A stretch of 64,000 bases of DNA from Trichosphaerium sp. ATCC 40318 (Eukaryota > Protista > Tubulinea). Shown one piece after another: positions 35,891 through 48,500 of the stretch (positions are counted from its first letter, which is position 1; each line of letters opens with the position of its first letter). The position numbers and the translations under genes are program-made. The DNA is taken from positions 62,001 to 126,000 of the forward strand of contig JALMLS010000332.1 of NCBI GenBank assembly GCA_038496445.1, in the 5' to 3' direction. The notes beneath the pieces are model-generated. The model worked only from the letters and a program-made list of their open reading frames with translations. It made no database searches and was not told the DNA's origin.

Positions 35891-37037
35891 TCAAAGGATT
35901 TCCCACCAATATATATTTGCAGTTTCTTGTTCATGCTTTAACACATTAAAATTCTTTACAGTATCTCTTCTTGATAGTCTCCTTGAAGAATCAAAAGGTT
36001 TTCTTGGTACTTTTATAAACTCTGGGAATATATCATACTTAAGCATCTTTATAATCTCTCTTTTAGCATCTAAAATACATACACGTGTTAGATAAAATAT
36101 CAAAAACATAGAAAACAGCGCATACAGCAATATAAAAAGAATGACGCGAAGAAAGAAGAGCGGGAAGGGAAATCATTTATATTAAATTAAGATTTTATAT
36201 CGCCATTTCTAGCGCTATCTAGCGCTTTACTTACCGACAAAAAGATTAGGATCAGCTTCATCTAGTCCTTCTATTATAACCTAAGAATGAATTAAATCAC
36301 GTGTGTCACATTTAAATAAATCCCTGTTTGGTTACGCACATTTAAATCCCTACCAGTAATATTTATTGGATTATCTGCCTCTGGGTTAACATACATATCG
36401 TACATACTCCTGGCAAATTTAACGCGTTCTTCCAAATCTTCCAATTTAGAGTAACGCTCTAAACGTACTCGGTTATTATAAAATAGACAATTTAAAAAAT
36501 AAGCAATGTCACGTGTCAGGACGCGCAAGAAAGGGGTTTGTAAAAAAAAAGGGAGAAAAAAAAAAAGAAAAAGGGAAGTACCTGCAGCAACAATGAAAGA
36601 CAAGTTCTCTGCTGCCAGTCGCTGGTATACGAACTCTCTGAACTGTAGGAACAGCTGTGTGCTACCGCTATGCAATACATCATCCCACGTAGGCTCAAAT
36701 TTAAGTTCGATAGACACTTCGCTATTTGTTTGTGGGAAAGACCGAGAGTGCCTTATTTTGGCAATCAGTATCGAGTGTTTTTAATTGCTTGCAATAAAAC
36801 AAGCGGGTTTAATACGACAGCGTACTTGAGGGTGCTTTTTTTTGGCCCAATAGCTACAGCTGATCTAGCTTTGGTAGAAATTAAGGGAAAGGGTCGCTGT
36901 GGCATCCCTGTGTGTCGTTTATTACGTGTAAAAGTACCTATTGAAGTATGTAAAAAAAAAGAAGGTAAACAATTTCATTCTGAAGCAAAAACTTTGGTCA
37001 TGTGACACGCACGTTTTAAGCGTTCAAATAGGTCCAT
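35891..37037 (-). CDS. Second RGS domain protein, tandem paralogue; 3' end approximate
   Basis: QFREFVYQRLAAENLSFIVAA, FARSMYDMYVNPEADNPINITG and DAKREIIKMLKYDIFPEFIK. ATG at 37037. Confidence 0.85.
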
Positions 37038-38324
37038 CTCGTTTTTCAGTGTAGTATTGTTATAATATTTCTTAAACTACGTATGTGATATAGAATGGGG
37101 ATAGCCTGTCTGTCCTTTGTGTATTTATGCAAAAAAAAAATTGTATGTGTTTTGTTCGATATTGCTGCGGAAGAGGCAGGGCGTTTCACAAATGGATTGT
37201 GATGGTTTAAGTCTCTCTTTACTTCTGACCTATTTATGAGGATAACGTCCTTTCCGTCTTGTCTATAATTAGTGTATGTTTAGTACAACCATCTCCGGGG
37301 ACAAGCGGGGTGTAGCACGCGTCAACTTCTCGAAGGACTTATATGGTCAACCACAACACTCCTACAAAGACTCTCCGGTCAGAAAGTAGGCAAAGAATGA
37401 GATTTATGGACGCACAATCTAGATATTAACTTAATACGTCTTTTTTTTTTTTTAATCTCCGGTGGCGGGTTTTCACTGGTGGTTACTTGATAAAGCTCTT
37501 CGTGGGTCTAGGTATAAACAATAAGCGTCACCATTGAAAATTACGTAGTATTGTCACGTGATACAAAGTGAATGATAATCTTGTTAGAGAAGACGCACAA
37601 GGGAAGTGTAAGCTTGTTTGGATATGCTCAGGAGTTAAAACGGAGCATACAATAACTCAAGTATATCAAGCACGTAACTGTTCATTTAAATACTTGTCAC
37701 ACGCCTCTTTTGAGTGTTTTCATCAAATAATTGATCTGTGCAGTCCACCACTCTATGTTAACCCTTCGGTTTAGGAAATACATTGAGCCAAATTAATCTA
37801 AGTGCCAGGCAACGAGGAGTTTACAAGCTTCTGATCTTTAGGTAGTGACTTAACGCGCAACCAAAAGAGGTACTGTTTTCGACTAAACTCTATCTTGTTC
37901 GCTTTTTAAAGCCAAAAACTGTACTGTAAAAATGTATTGATTGAAAATAGCATGACAACTGTCATTCAACCTCTAATTTTATCACAACAACACAGGCGCG
38001 GTGCCTTGCTCACCAATGCCATACTCAGAACTCAAAATATAACTATTTCAACAGATTGAAAAGTCAAAAAAAATGTCACATAACTGAATTTCTTAGACTG
38101 ACGTTTTTGTGCCTAGAAACAGCCTTGTACACAGCGTCTATTTATTGTCGTGTCATTATTATTGTCAAATATAAATTGACACAGCCACAAAGGCAACGTA
38201 GATGGTTTTGTGAAAAAAAAATCAAATTGCGACGTAGGCAGTTTCATTTAATTTGCATATGACCCGCACAATCGATCCACCGCAAGGTTTCTATACATAT
38301 GCGTTTATAAAACAACCAAAAACG

Positions 38325-38709
38325 ATGGTTTCATACACAGAAATCGCATCAAAGCATCATTTCTATACAAACAGGTCTAAAAACCTCTTTCTTGGGTTTG
38401 CTCTGGCGATTTTTTTGATACTGGCATGTTTGTTTGCGTTATACTCAATAACAGACCCACCACCCGTAAAACAGCCACAAGGCAACGTATGGCGGCGAAC
38501 TACAACGCAACAGGTGCGCAACTATAAAGTTTGCAGACAAAATCCAAAAACGTCGAGTTTTTGTATTATACGCTATATAGCTTCCTTACGCTATTAAAGC
38601 GCGTATCAACGACACAGCGTATATTTTTTTTTTGCCTACGTAGTTGGTTATTCCTAAACTGTACTAGGCGTTTGTAGAATACATGGAAAAAAACCGAGTG
38701 GAGCTGTAG
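38325..38709 (+). CDS. Small single-pass membrane protein, 2 exons
   Basis: MVSYTEIASKHHFY...LFLGFALAIFLILACLFALYSI...TTQQ|AFVEYMEKNRVEL*. Intron 38514-38667. Confidence 0.6.
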
Positions 38710-39213
38710 CATACGTTAAACCCGCTTGGGTACAAAATTCTCTGTAAAAACAACAAAGATAGCGAAGTGGCCTTTTTTTTTGATTTTAAACGACCTTGCA
38801 CTCCTTAAAAAAATCGCTGCTACGGATATCAAAAAAGAAAAAAAATAACCTTGTATAAAACACTTATGATGCTTGTAAATATAATTTAAATGAAAAAAAA
38901 AAAAAGAAACCAAAAAAAGCTCGTGTAATTTTATCGCTGAGTTCTCGAGAAACTCGTGAAACATAGTGGTAATATCATTTACTTCTATCCATTGCTATTC
39001 TAACGCATAAATCAACCCGATAGGCGTGTATTTTAAGTGACATTTTAGTGAATAAAGGTGTCACCTTGTACCACCCCGATAGTTTTGGGCAGGTTCTGAA
39101 ATGTAGTTGTATATCCATACACGACGCAAAGACAAACTGCGTTTTAATCACGTGGATGACTTAACGCCTGTAGCATTACAAGGCTAAAATTACTGTTTAC
39201 TCTACATAACGCA

Positions 39214-40881
39214 ATGGTCAGCATCGCGGTACGTTATCCTACTACGAGTAACATTGTGCCTTTACGTTTAATGCCGTTATCGCGCAATAAGGGGCACATC
39301 ATTACTATCTTCTCCGATAATACTCTGGAACTCTTTTAATGCATCACCTTACGCATGTGTAGGCAAATATATCGTTTTCTGTACCGGATGATGACATGTG
39401 CGTAGCGTGGTTTGAAGACACGCAAAATGGTTTTGAATCAGTACAACCGCTACTATGGATATACTTCTACTGTATGGCAGCATCTTTTGTGGTATTGGGC
39501 GTTGGCATAGCTATTTTCGCTTGGAAGGCATTAGATGATAAAAACGAAGTTAGCAAGTTCATTAGTGGGTTGTTAGTGGGAGCGTGCGTACGTAAGTAAG
39601 AGAGCACACAGTCGTGAGTGTAATTCTGATTCTTGTTTTAAAAGTTCAAGCTGCACACTTGCTAATAGATCCCTTCGGTGTACGTTGCCTAATGCCAGTC
39701 TTTTTGGAGAGATGCCTGTACGACAATCAGCAAATTTGAGATTGTGTTTTTCACGCCTAATATTAACATTAATGAAAATAGCTATGACAGCGGATTCATG
39801 CTTCCTCTCTTCGCTTACTACATGCTTATGCAATACTGGCACGTGAAAAGTGAAACATTCACTAAACAACAAAAAGGTTTCTACTTAACGCTCTGTAGGC
39901 CTACGCTTGGCGTAGGGCAGTCAGTTTATTATGTTTATTCTTTTTTTTTTATCTTTTACTTAATGTTCTCAACTGTTAGCTTTTTTCTAGAAATGACTTG
40001 ATTTTAGGTTGATCAAGATGACTGCAGGAGCTAGTCAATTTGCTATGAATATTTGGCAAGTTCTTCTTATATCATTTGTTGTTTTGGTGATACCTGATAT
40101 GGCTCTACGAATAACACAACAGGTACACAGTATTACCTTGTATACACTTGTCAATACAATTGAAAAAAATGATTTGTGTCAATCAATCTTTATCTTGTTC
40201 ATTTTCTTCGATTTTGAGACTTACTTTTTTTCAAGCTTGCTGGGCAACCTCTTCATCATGATTATGTTCTTTACAACAATATTTTCTTGATTTCTATATC
40301 TGTCTTGGTTGCATTGCTTAATGCATATTATGTTTATAAAGGATTTTCAATGTATAAACGCATAGACTATGCAAACGCCGGTAGAAGACGTCAGGTACAA
40401 AAACCAAAAGGAGCATGAAAAAAACCAAAAAACATACAAAAAAATCTTCTTTTTTTTTTCTTGTATGACAGACCTCTAACAAACTAGATTTACCACATCA
40501 TCTATTAAATCGCATGATAAATATATCCTTATTACTTTTGACAACTAAAAAATACCAAAACCAACTGTGTGATCGCTTAATTTTGGTTCCTCGTAACTTT
40601 ATTTTTCCATTCCTTTTTTTCCGATTGACATGCTTGTTTAGGTTGGCATAACTATAGTTGTAATGATACTCATTTCTATTCTACTACTCGCTGTATCAAT
40701 TGCCAGTACTATCATAGAACTACAGACTCGTATAAGAAGCTGGTTTATTTTAGAACTCTGCCAACATGTATTCTTGTTTTTTGTTGTACTTATTGAAATC
40801 TTGGTATTCCGTGTATTCTTGAAACAAAAACAATTCAGTCTGTTATTAGATGATACAGCAGTACAACTAAGCCGTAGCTAA
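39214..40881 (+). CDS. Multi-pass (about 7 TM) membrane protein, GPCR-like/TOM1-GPR137-like; multi-exon
   Basis: Successive hydrophobic exons joined by GT-AG introns. First exon MVSIA. Ends LLLDDTAVQLSRS* with an LL di-leucine. Confidence 0.65.
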
Positions 40882-41759
40882 GAATACATTAGAAAACAAG
40901 GCCAAAAAAATCTAAAAATAAAAAAAAATATCAAAAGTTTATTTTTAACCTCAACTTACTTCTCTTTGAGCTGGTTGTGACCACCCCTTTTTTTTTCGTA
41001 ATTTCCTTTGTTCGTTGTATGTTTTAAACTTGTCACTACCGTTCACTGTATGTTTTCAAAAAAATTGTACACGTACAGTTGTATGGCGTCAACAATAGAA
41101 AAACGTATTGGTAAATATAGAAATCGAAAAAAAAAAAGCCGCTGAGTTAGCCTGAAAACGTTACGATCGTATGTGCAAAGATATCAACTTTGTTGCAAAA
41201 AAACAATACTACACGCCCTTGAAAAAACATGCTTGCAAAAGCTGAAACGCCTATCTTTGTCTGTAAATGAAGAAACAAGGTTTTTTTACAAAAAAACCCG
41301 AACCGGCATCTTGCCGCGTGTTGAGAACGTGTATTATTGTCAAATCTACTCAAAACTAAAAAAAGGAGTGTTAGTGTATGTAATTCCACTGTTACGCAGT
41401 TATAAACCCCTTGAGGCATGATAACGCTATCTTTATGATTATTCTTATTATAAAAGGAAAGTCGCTTTTATAGCCTCCGGACTCCCCGGACAACCTTCTA
41501 AAGTTCGTAAAGTATTCAATGTAGACTTTGAGTTTCAACATACCTTTTTAAGCAGGTTAGCAGAAAAAACGAAAACAACTTGTTTGAGGCGATCGTAGGG
41601 GATCCGATGAACACACTTAAACAGTAACGTAAGATGTGATTGTGAGTTCTCTTTCCTTTTTTGAGCATTCTCTATAGTTTTAAGTTTCGCGGCGTTCGTA
41701 TTTTAACATAAACTGCAGCATTGGCATCATAACACACACAACTCCACTACCAAAGCATC

Positions 41760-42563
41760 ATGGCTCATATAACATCAATGAAATCACTTTGTACGTTCTT
41801 TTTAAAGCTTTCAGCTTTATTTTAAGCAAAGTGATGGTAATACGCAATGATACGCGTAAAATACGCGCCCATGATATACCGTGGTCTCTATCTACTATGA
41901 ATGGGAGTTGTTGTTTACCTTTTTTTACAAAATATCAGAACATACCTGTTGTTGTCTGATACTACTTGTTGTACCCATGCTAACCTTCTGATAGTTTCAG
42001 CTCTTGGTTTACGTTCGGCAGATACCCAAGAACTAACGCCCTCCGAATACGACTCAATGCGTACGCTCTTTGCACCCAGCAACCCTTTGTCTAAGTCCTA
42101 ACGTCTTTTTGTAGAGAACAATTGGGCACTTGGAAGCTCTGACCCTTGTACAGAAGAACGCACATTAGACGACTATAAACTTGATTACAACGCAAAAGGT
42201 CGGTATCAAATGTCAAAATGTAGTATAGAGAGGAATTCAAACACTAGCTACTCTCGCGACTGCGATTCGCGATACACAACGTTCGTATTTGACCCAGCGG
42301 CGAATTTCAGTGGTATGGTTTGCGCACAACACGTAGCTGAACAAGAAAAATACCACAACAGGCGGAGAGCAGGCAGTGATACGCTATCAGCGTTTCACGA
42401 CGCGAGTAACAATCATGTTCCAAGTAAACGACTTATACCAAGCCAACAACCGCTACCTACAACAGTATCTCCTGATTATTGGGATTCTTATAGCTCTAGC
42501 TCTAGTTCTAGCTTAAGTTCAGATTTCTCAACTGACGAAGCTATGTCAATGGATCTCTCTTGA
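41760..42563 (+). CDS. Hypothetical protein with a Ser-rich C-terminus, 3 exons
   Basis: ATG at 41760. Introns at about 41791-41993 and 42061-42114 join in frame to ORF 42210..42563. TATA-like tataaaag at about 41449. Confidence 0.6.
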
Positions 42564-42867
42564 TTATTATGTAAAATGGCGGGGGTGAAGTTCAAAAAAA
42601 CGAAGAGATAGATATAGACTTTAGAATTCTTGTTTTTTTTGATTTCGGATTTGTGTGAAACCAAAGAATGCTTTTTTTGTAAAACAATGTAAAAATAATT
42701 GTATAGACCTTTTGTATATACCAAAAAGAAAAAAAATGTACATATCGCTACTTAAACAATAACGTTGTCGGTTCTTTTTTTTATTTTTTTGACATTTTTT
42801 AAAAGCCGGTAAAAGTACCGTTATTTCGTAATTATGGTTGTTGTGATCAAGGTGTTATGGGGTTCTT

Positions 42868-45099
42868 TTACCGTAGCTCAACATTGAATTTCTCAACGGT
42901 AGATTTGATGAGTTCGTTTTGTGCAATATCTACTTCTGTATTTGTCAAGTTTCTGTCCATTGAGCGATAGTTTATGCGATAACAATGGCTTGTACGCTTT
43001 GTTTTAGGGTTTGTCCATTTATCTAGCAACTAAAGAAACCCGAAAGTTAAAAATACAGCCACTTTTTTGAGCAAAGTAAGAAAAAAATTGCCAAATCAAC
43101 AAAAAAAGTTTTGATTTAGTGATAACGGAGTAACTCGAAAACAATAAAAATACAACACAGTAATAACATACCTCTATGTTTTCTATATTATCACCACCAC
43201 ACTCGCGCACGTGCTCGTAAAATTCGTTCTCGTGATACGGCTTAATGTTACCGTTAGCTGGTTGTTTTTATTGATTATTCTAACTGTATACGTACTCTGT
43301 CTGGTAACCAAAAAGTTATATCTTTGTAGCATGCAGGATACTTCGAGTATGGCTTAAACTTTACTATTTTACCTGACTTAAACTGCTTTTTGAACCTGAA
43401 AAAAAATTAGAAATAAGCGCGTTGTGCATAATAAAGGTAGTTGTAAATGCTTTACTGCATTGTTCAACAAAACCTACAACTAAATACTGCAATACTACCA
43501 TCATACCTTTCGTCGTCGCTCCAGAATAACCGGATATCAGGAATTGCAAACAAAACCATAGCTAGGCGCTCTAAGCCCATACCAAATGCCCAACCTTTAT
43601 GATCAGCCATGTCACAGTTCTTTAGAATATCTTTATGTATAACACCACACCCTTAAAGCATTTAGCACTCTGCTGAACGAACAACAAAAAAACCGATTTT
43701 TTTTTGGAAAAAACTAAAATGTCTCTGGAGACCCAACGCTCCACCTGATCTAACTCAAGCTTTGCTTTACTTCTCTTATTTTGTTATAGGATGGCTTACC
43801 TCACCTCAAAGACGAGCGAAAAACTCGCTCATCAAAGTGGCGTATAGTCCGCGAACACAACAATAAATTTGAAAAACTGTCATCAAAAAATAAAATTTCT
43901 GAATTAAGATTTCTGTTGTGTCGTGGTAGTGCATCCAAAAACTTTAAAATGTCTTGTTTTCTATTAAAGCATATCTTAATTACACTAACCTAGCACTTCT
44001 AACCAATCACCATTGTAAAAAATTTCCAACTCTGTTGAAGGGTCTGTAAACGGAAAGTATTCGTCAACCCTAACATTTTATTAGCGTCAAGTCACGAGAG
44101 AAAGCTGTTTTGAGCAGAAAAAGAAAAAACGACAAAAAACTTACCAGCGCATCTTAACATCGCCAAATAATTCTTTGGCCTGTATAAAGCGTTAATACGC
44201 ATCCACGTGGCACCTTGTAGAGGCTCTACGCACCATGCCCTCAAGCGCTTTCTTCATGTCGTTGAAAATAAATTCTACGTCATTTCCGGTTCCAAATCGC
44301 GCCATTTCTTCTGGTGTAAATATACGCACACCCTCAGTCTGCACGAATGAGTACAAATTCGAAAGAAAAATAAGAAGACAGAACAGTACCTGATGGAAGA
44401 TTGGATAGTGCGTAGGGTCTACCGAGTCCCTTCTGTAAACGTCGGCGGTAAGCAAGAAGTTCTTTTCACCCTAGTAACGGAATAAACACAAAAACACGTA
44501 AAAGTTTTTTGGGAAATACCTTTCTCATGAGTTCTGTTTGGTGAGCTGACGTATGCGCACGAAGCATTAACTCATCGTTAATGTAATAAGTGTCAGTGTC
44601 AGCGCGGCCTGGGTGATCCTTAGGAAAGAGCAAGTCATCAAAGTTAGCCTAAAACGCAACAATTAGCTCGTTTAATGTATTTTGAAGCGTACCTTGATGG
44701 TTACAACTGGTGAAAGCCCATCGTGCGCTTTAATTTGTGCACCGTGCTCTGTAGGGGCGTACTTCTCAGCGAAGTACTTTTCTATTATCTGCTTGATTGT
44801 ATGGACTGGGTGACCTTGTTGGAGAAAAAGGCGCTTGTCAAGTCTATCGATAACATGTTTCGATATGTTATAAGCCTTGTGCGTCTTGTTTTTCTCAAGG
44901 ACGTCCATTACTACGCCGCATAAGTTCTAAGCGCATTCATTTGTCTCTGACCCTCTGTAAGTTGATTGGAAGCGGTACAATAGTTTTTGCGGTTTTTTGG
45001 AAAAACCTGAGTTCGCACACCATTATTTCGTTTGGGTGTTCGCGCACTGCTCCGATAGATCGGCAGGGAAGCTGTACTCCTTGTCACTATCCCTAGCAT
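42868..45099 (-). CDS. FARS2: Mitochondrial (monomeric) phenylalanyl-tRNA synthetase
   Basis: Arg/Ser-rich presequence. Motifs [91 protein letters not shown], and the C-terminal anticodon-binding [17 protein letters not shown]. Confidence 0.96.
43717..43852 (-). ncRNA. Candidate intronic H/ACA-like snoRNA in the longest FARS2 intron
   Basis: GC-rich hairpin (cacttt-gatgagcgag/ttcgctcgtc-gaggtg) with an H box ATAACA 14 nt downstream, and a distal ACAttt. Confidence 0.35.
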
Positions 45100-45572
45100 C
45101 TTTCGAAGTGAGAAAGTGGCTTCTGTTGGATTGAGCGTTGACTGTTTTTTGTGAGGTGAACTTAATCAGTCAAGTCATTTTCCGGATCTTCTCTGAGAGT
45201 GAACGCTGCGATAGCGCGCTGTTGTTGCTTGGCCGTTATTCGCTATTGTTGAAAGTCTCAAGATTGAAGAATTTCCCAGTGAAACAAACTACAGACATAA
45301 TAGCATACACAGGAACTATTTACCAGGTGTAAGGTTTGATTGAATTCTACGAAATTAAAAAACTGCCGTTACGCATTAAAACATGTCACGTACGCGTCCA
45401 ATGCCATAATTATAACAGTTTGGGCTTGTATTGACATTAGCAATTAGAATCAATCCAAAACGCGTTAGCCAAGCTTATAGGGAATAAAGCCCTCAAAAAC
45501 TTCAGTTTTAGCACCTTTGAACAAGATAATACTCAAAACGTAAAGTAATACATCAAAAAAGTGCTAAATAGA

Positions 45573-48500
45573 ATGCAGGACGCTCAAGACGAGAATATTA
45601 ATCCAAACTCTCCACAAGAAAGAGAAAATGGCACAACCAAATCGAATCAAAACGAAGACGTTATAATGGGTACACCTCTAACCTAAGATTGTCATTTAAT
45701 TGTACTCAGAAGGAGAAGATGAGCCAGTGGATTCTCAAGAACAATTTGACTTGAAAATGGATGCTATGCTTCTTGAAAGTCTGTTAGACCCTGAGGAAGA
45801 AGAGACACGCGTACGTTTTTTAACAGACTGTCAAGAGTACTTTCTAACCACACTGTTTAACGGTTTTCAAATTTATTGCTGTTTATCCCGCTCTCTAACA
45901 CGTGATTAGAAGCGACCTATAAAAGATGTTTCTGGAGCGGTTGTTTCTCCATCTAAAAGGGTCAAACGGTACTGCAGCAGTTTGTATACTTGCGTAGCAC
46001 TAATTTGTATCTCACCAGGGATGTCGAAGTTAAAGAATCGCCGTCGGTTTCCAACACGTTATCAGGAACTCAGAAGAGGGCATTGGTTAAGAAGACGAAT
46101 AAACCTTCTTTGTTTGGTGGATTTTCTTCCGCAGCTTCGCTTGGTCTTAGTAGCGCTAATACAGATAAACCTGCTAATACATCTATGTGTAATGATGCAC
46201 CTGAGGACTCTTTCGACGCAATTATAGCTTTAGCAAAGAAAAACAAAGGTGGGAGAAATCAATTCGCAACACCTTTCAAAGCACCTGGAAAGAAGGGTGG
46301 CGCAGTGACACGAAAGCGTTCATCAGCTTCTACGACAAGTGGTTTTGGCTCAGCAGCTACAACAAGTGGTTTTGGTTCTGCAAAACAATTATTGTCTTCA
46401 ACTTCTACAACAGGTGACTACCCTGGTTTCAGTTCTGCTAGTTCAGTGCATGTCGAAGGCAACGACAATGAGCATAATACAGGATTTCAAACAGCTAACA
46501 ATATGTTGGGAGATCAACACAATTCAACAGATCGTACACCGCCATCAAATGGAAACTCAAATGAAATGCCAAGTTTTTCTTCAGCAGCAAGTCTTGGAGG
46601 CTTTGCTTCTGCGAATACTCTCACTAGAAAGCCCGAAATTCCTCCATCTAGTGGTAGTGACAACAGCTCAAAGTTTACTGGGTTTGGCTCTGCCAGTGCT
46701 CTTTTAAAAAGCTCGAAATCAACACAGCAAAAACAACAAACTGAGATGCGTGGCTTTTCTTCAGCTTCAAGCCTAAACAAGGATAATTTTACTAGGGGAG
46801 GGTTCTCAACTACAAATAAGATAGGAAATACAGATTCACAACAAGAAGCAAACACAGACGCTGCTGTTTCGTTTGAGGAAATGATAAAACGAGCAAAACA
46901 AAAAAGCGGAAACAAACAAGTTAAACAGTTCAAAGTCCCAAGAAAGTCAACTAATACTACAAACACCGGCACACATGGAGGCTTTATAACAGGTTCTAAT
47001 ATAATGCAACAGCAAAAAGAGTCCACAAGATCACCTGAGGCATCACCAGCTATTGACACAAACGAGATACCAAGTTTTTCTTCAGCGGCAACTCTTGGAG
47101 GCTTTGCCTCTGCGAATACGCTCACAAACAAGACCACAAGCGAAGGGAACTCAAACATTGATAACACAGGAACGAGAATGCCACCAGGAGCAAACACTGA
47201 CACGAATATTTCGTTTGAGGAAATGATAAAGCGAGCAAAACAAAAAAGAGGAAACAAACAAGTTAAACAGTTCAAAGTCCCAAGAATATCAAGTAACACA
47301 AAAGTCGCCAGTAAGCGTACTACAAGCTTCCAAACAGCGTCTAAAATATCTTCTACGACAAATGGCTTTGGCTCAGCAGCTACAACAAGTGGTTTTGGTT
47401 CTGCAAAACAATTATTGTCTTCAACATCTACAACAGGTGACTATCCTGGTTTCAGTTCTGCTAGTTCAGTGCATGTTGAAGGCGACTACAATGAGCATAA
47501 TACAGGATTTCAAACAGCTAACAATATGTTGGGAGATCAACACAGTGCAACAGATCGTACACCGCCATCAAATGGAAACTCGAATGAAATGCCAAGTTTT
47601 TCTTCAGCAGCAAGTCTTGGAGGCTTTGCTTCTGCGAATACAATCTTGGATACTAAAAATGAAGAAACAAAAGAACAGTACAGTGGCTTTGGAAGTGCAA
47701 AATCATTCATGAAAAAGAATGGGTTTAGCTCAGCCAAAAACTTTGTGAACAATGCTGGAAACAACTCTACCAATCGCTCAAACAAGAGCACAGGCTTCTC
47801 TTCTGCCAAATCTATGATGAATGGGTCATCTAAGGCACCTAAGAAAGCCACAGAATCCCCAAACACCTCAACAAGTGCTGATACCGATTTCGATCAAATT
47901 CTTAAAAATGCTCGAGCAAATCGTAAACAATCTGCCTCACACTTCAAGTCTCCGCGAATATCGAATACTAAGAATCTTCCTAAACCACGAACCCGTACAT
48001 CAGGTGGTTTTTCAAGCGCTGCTTCGCTTAAACTTGGTGATGATAACGATGTGGTAATGACTGATTCTTCTCATCAAGATGCGTTTGAAGCTGCCTTAGC
48101 TAGAAGAGCAGGAAAAGATAATACTCCAAGTTTCAATAGATCTAGAATATCTAAAGCATCAACGATGGATTCACCAATGAGGAGCACTATATCGAGTCGT
48201 TCTAGTTTCGTTACACCTACCAAAGTACGATGCTTTTTTTTCTTTGAACTTTTTTACAGTTTATACTGACGTGATTAGCCTGTATTGACTTCGCCACCTG
48301 TTACACCTTTGAGTGTTGGTCCTAATACCATAGTATCTTCTCCAGGATTATCCAATATAACCAAGGTACATCACAAGATTGATACAGGACTCGTTGCTTA
48401 TTGATTCTCAATTAGACTGAAATAAGTGACTTGATTTCTGGTGTTGATTTCTCAGAAGATGTATTCTCAGAAGACCGACCGCGTATAGTTGCTCCAGCTT

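Noticed and set aside
41455-41610. RNase MRP-like words (ggaaagtc, ccccggac)
   Set aside because: The motifs are not contiguous as in P4 and no CR-V partner is present. The region follows a TATA box and is more simply the promoter/5' UTR of the gene at 41760.
46090-48050. FG-nucleoporin interpretation of the 759-aa ORF
   Set aside because: The motifs are mostly FxSA/FxTA rather than FG/GLFG, and the exon appears to splice onward to an unmistakable BRCA2 DNA-binding domain.
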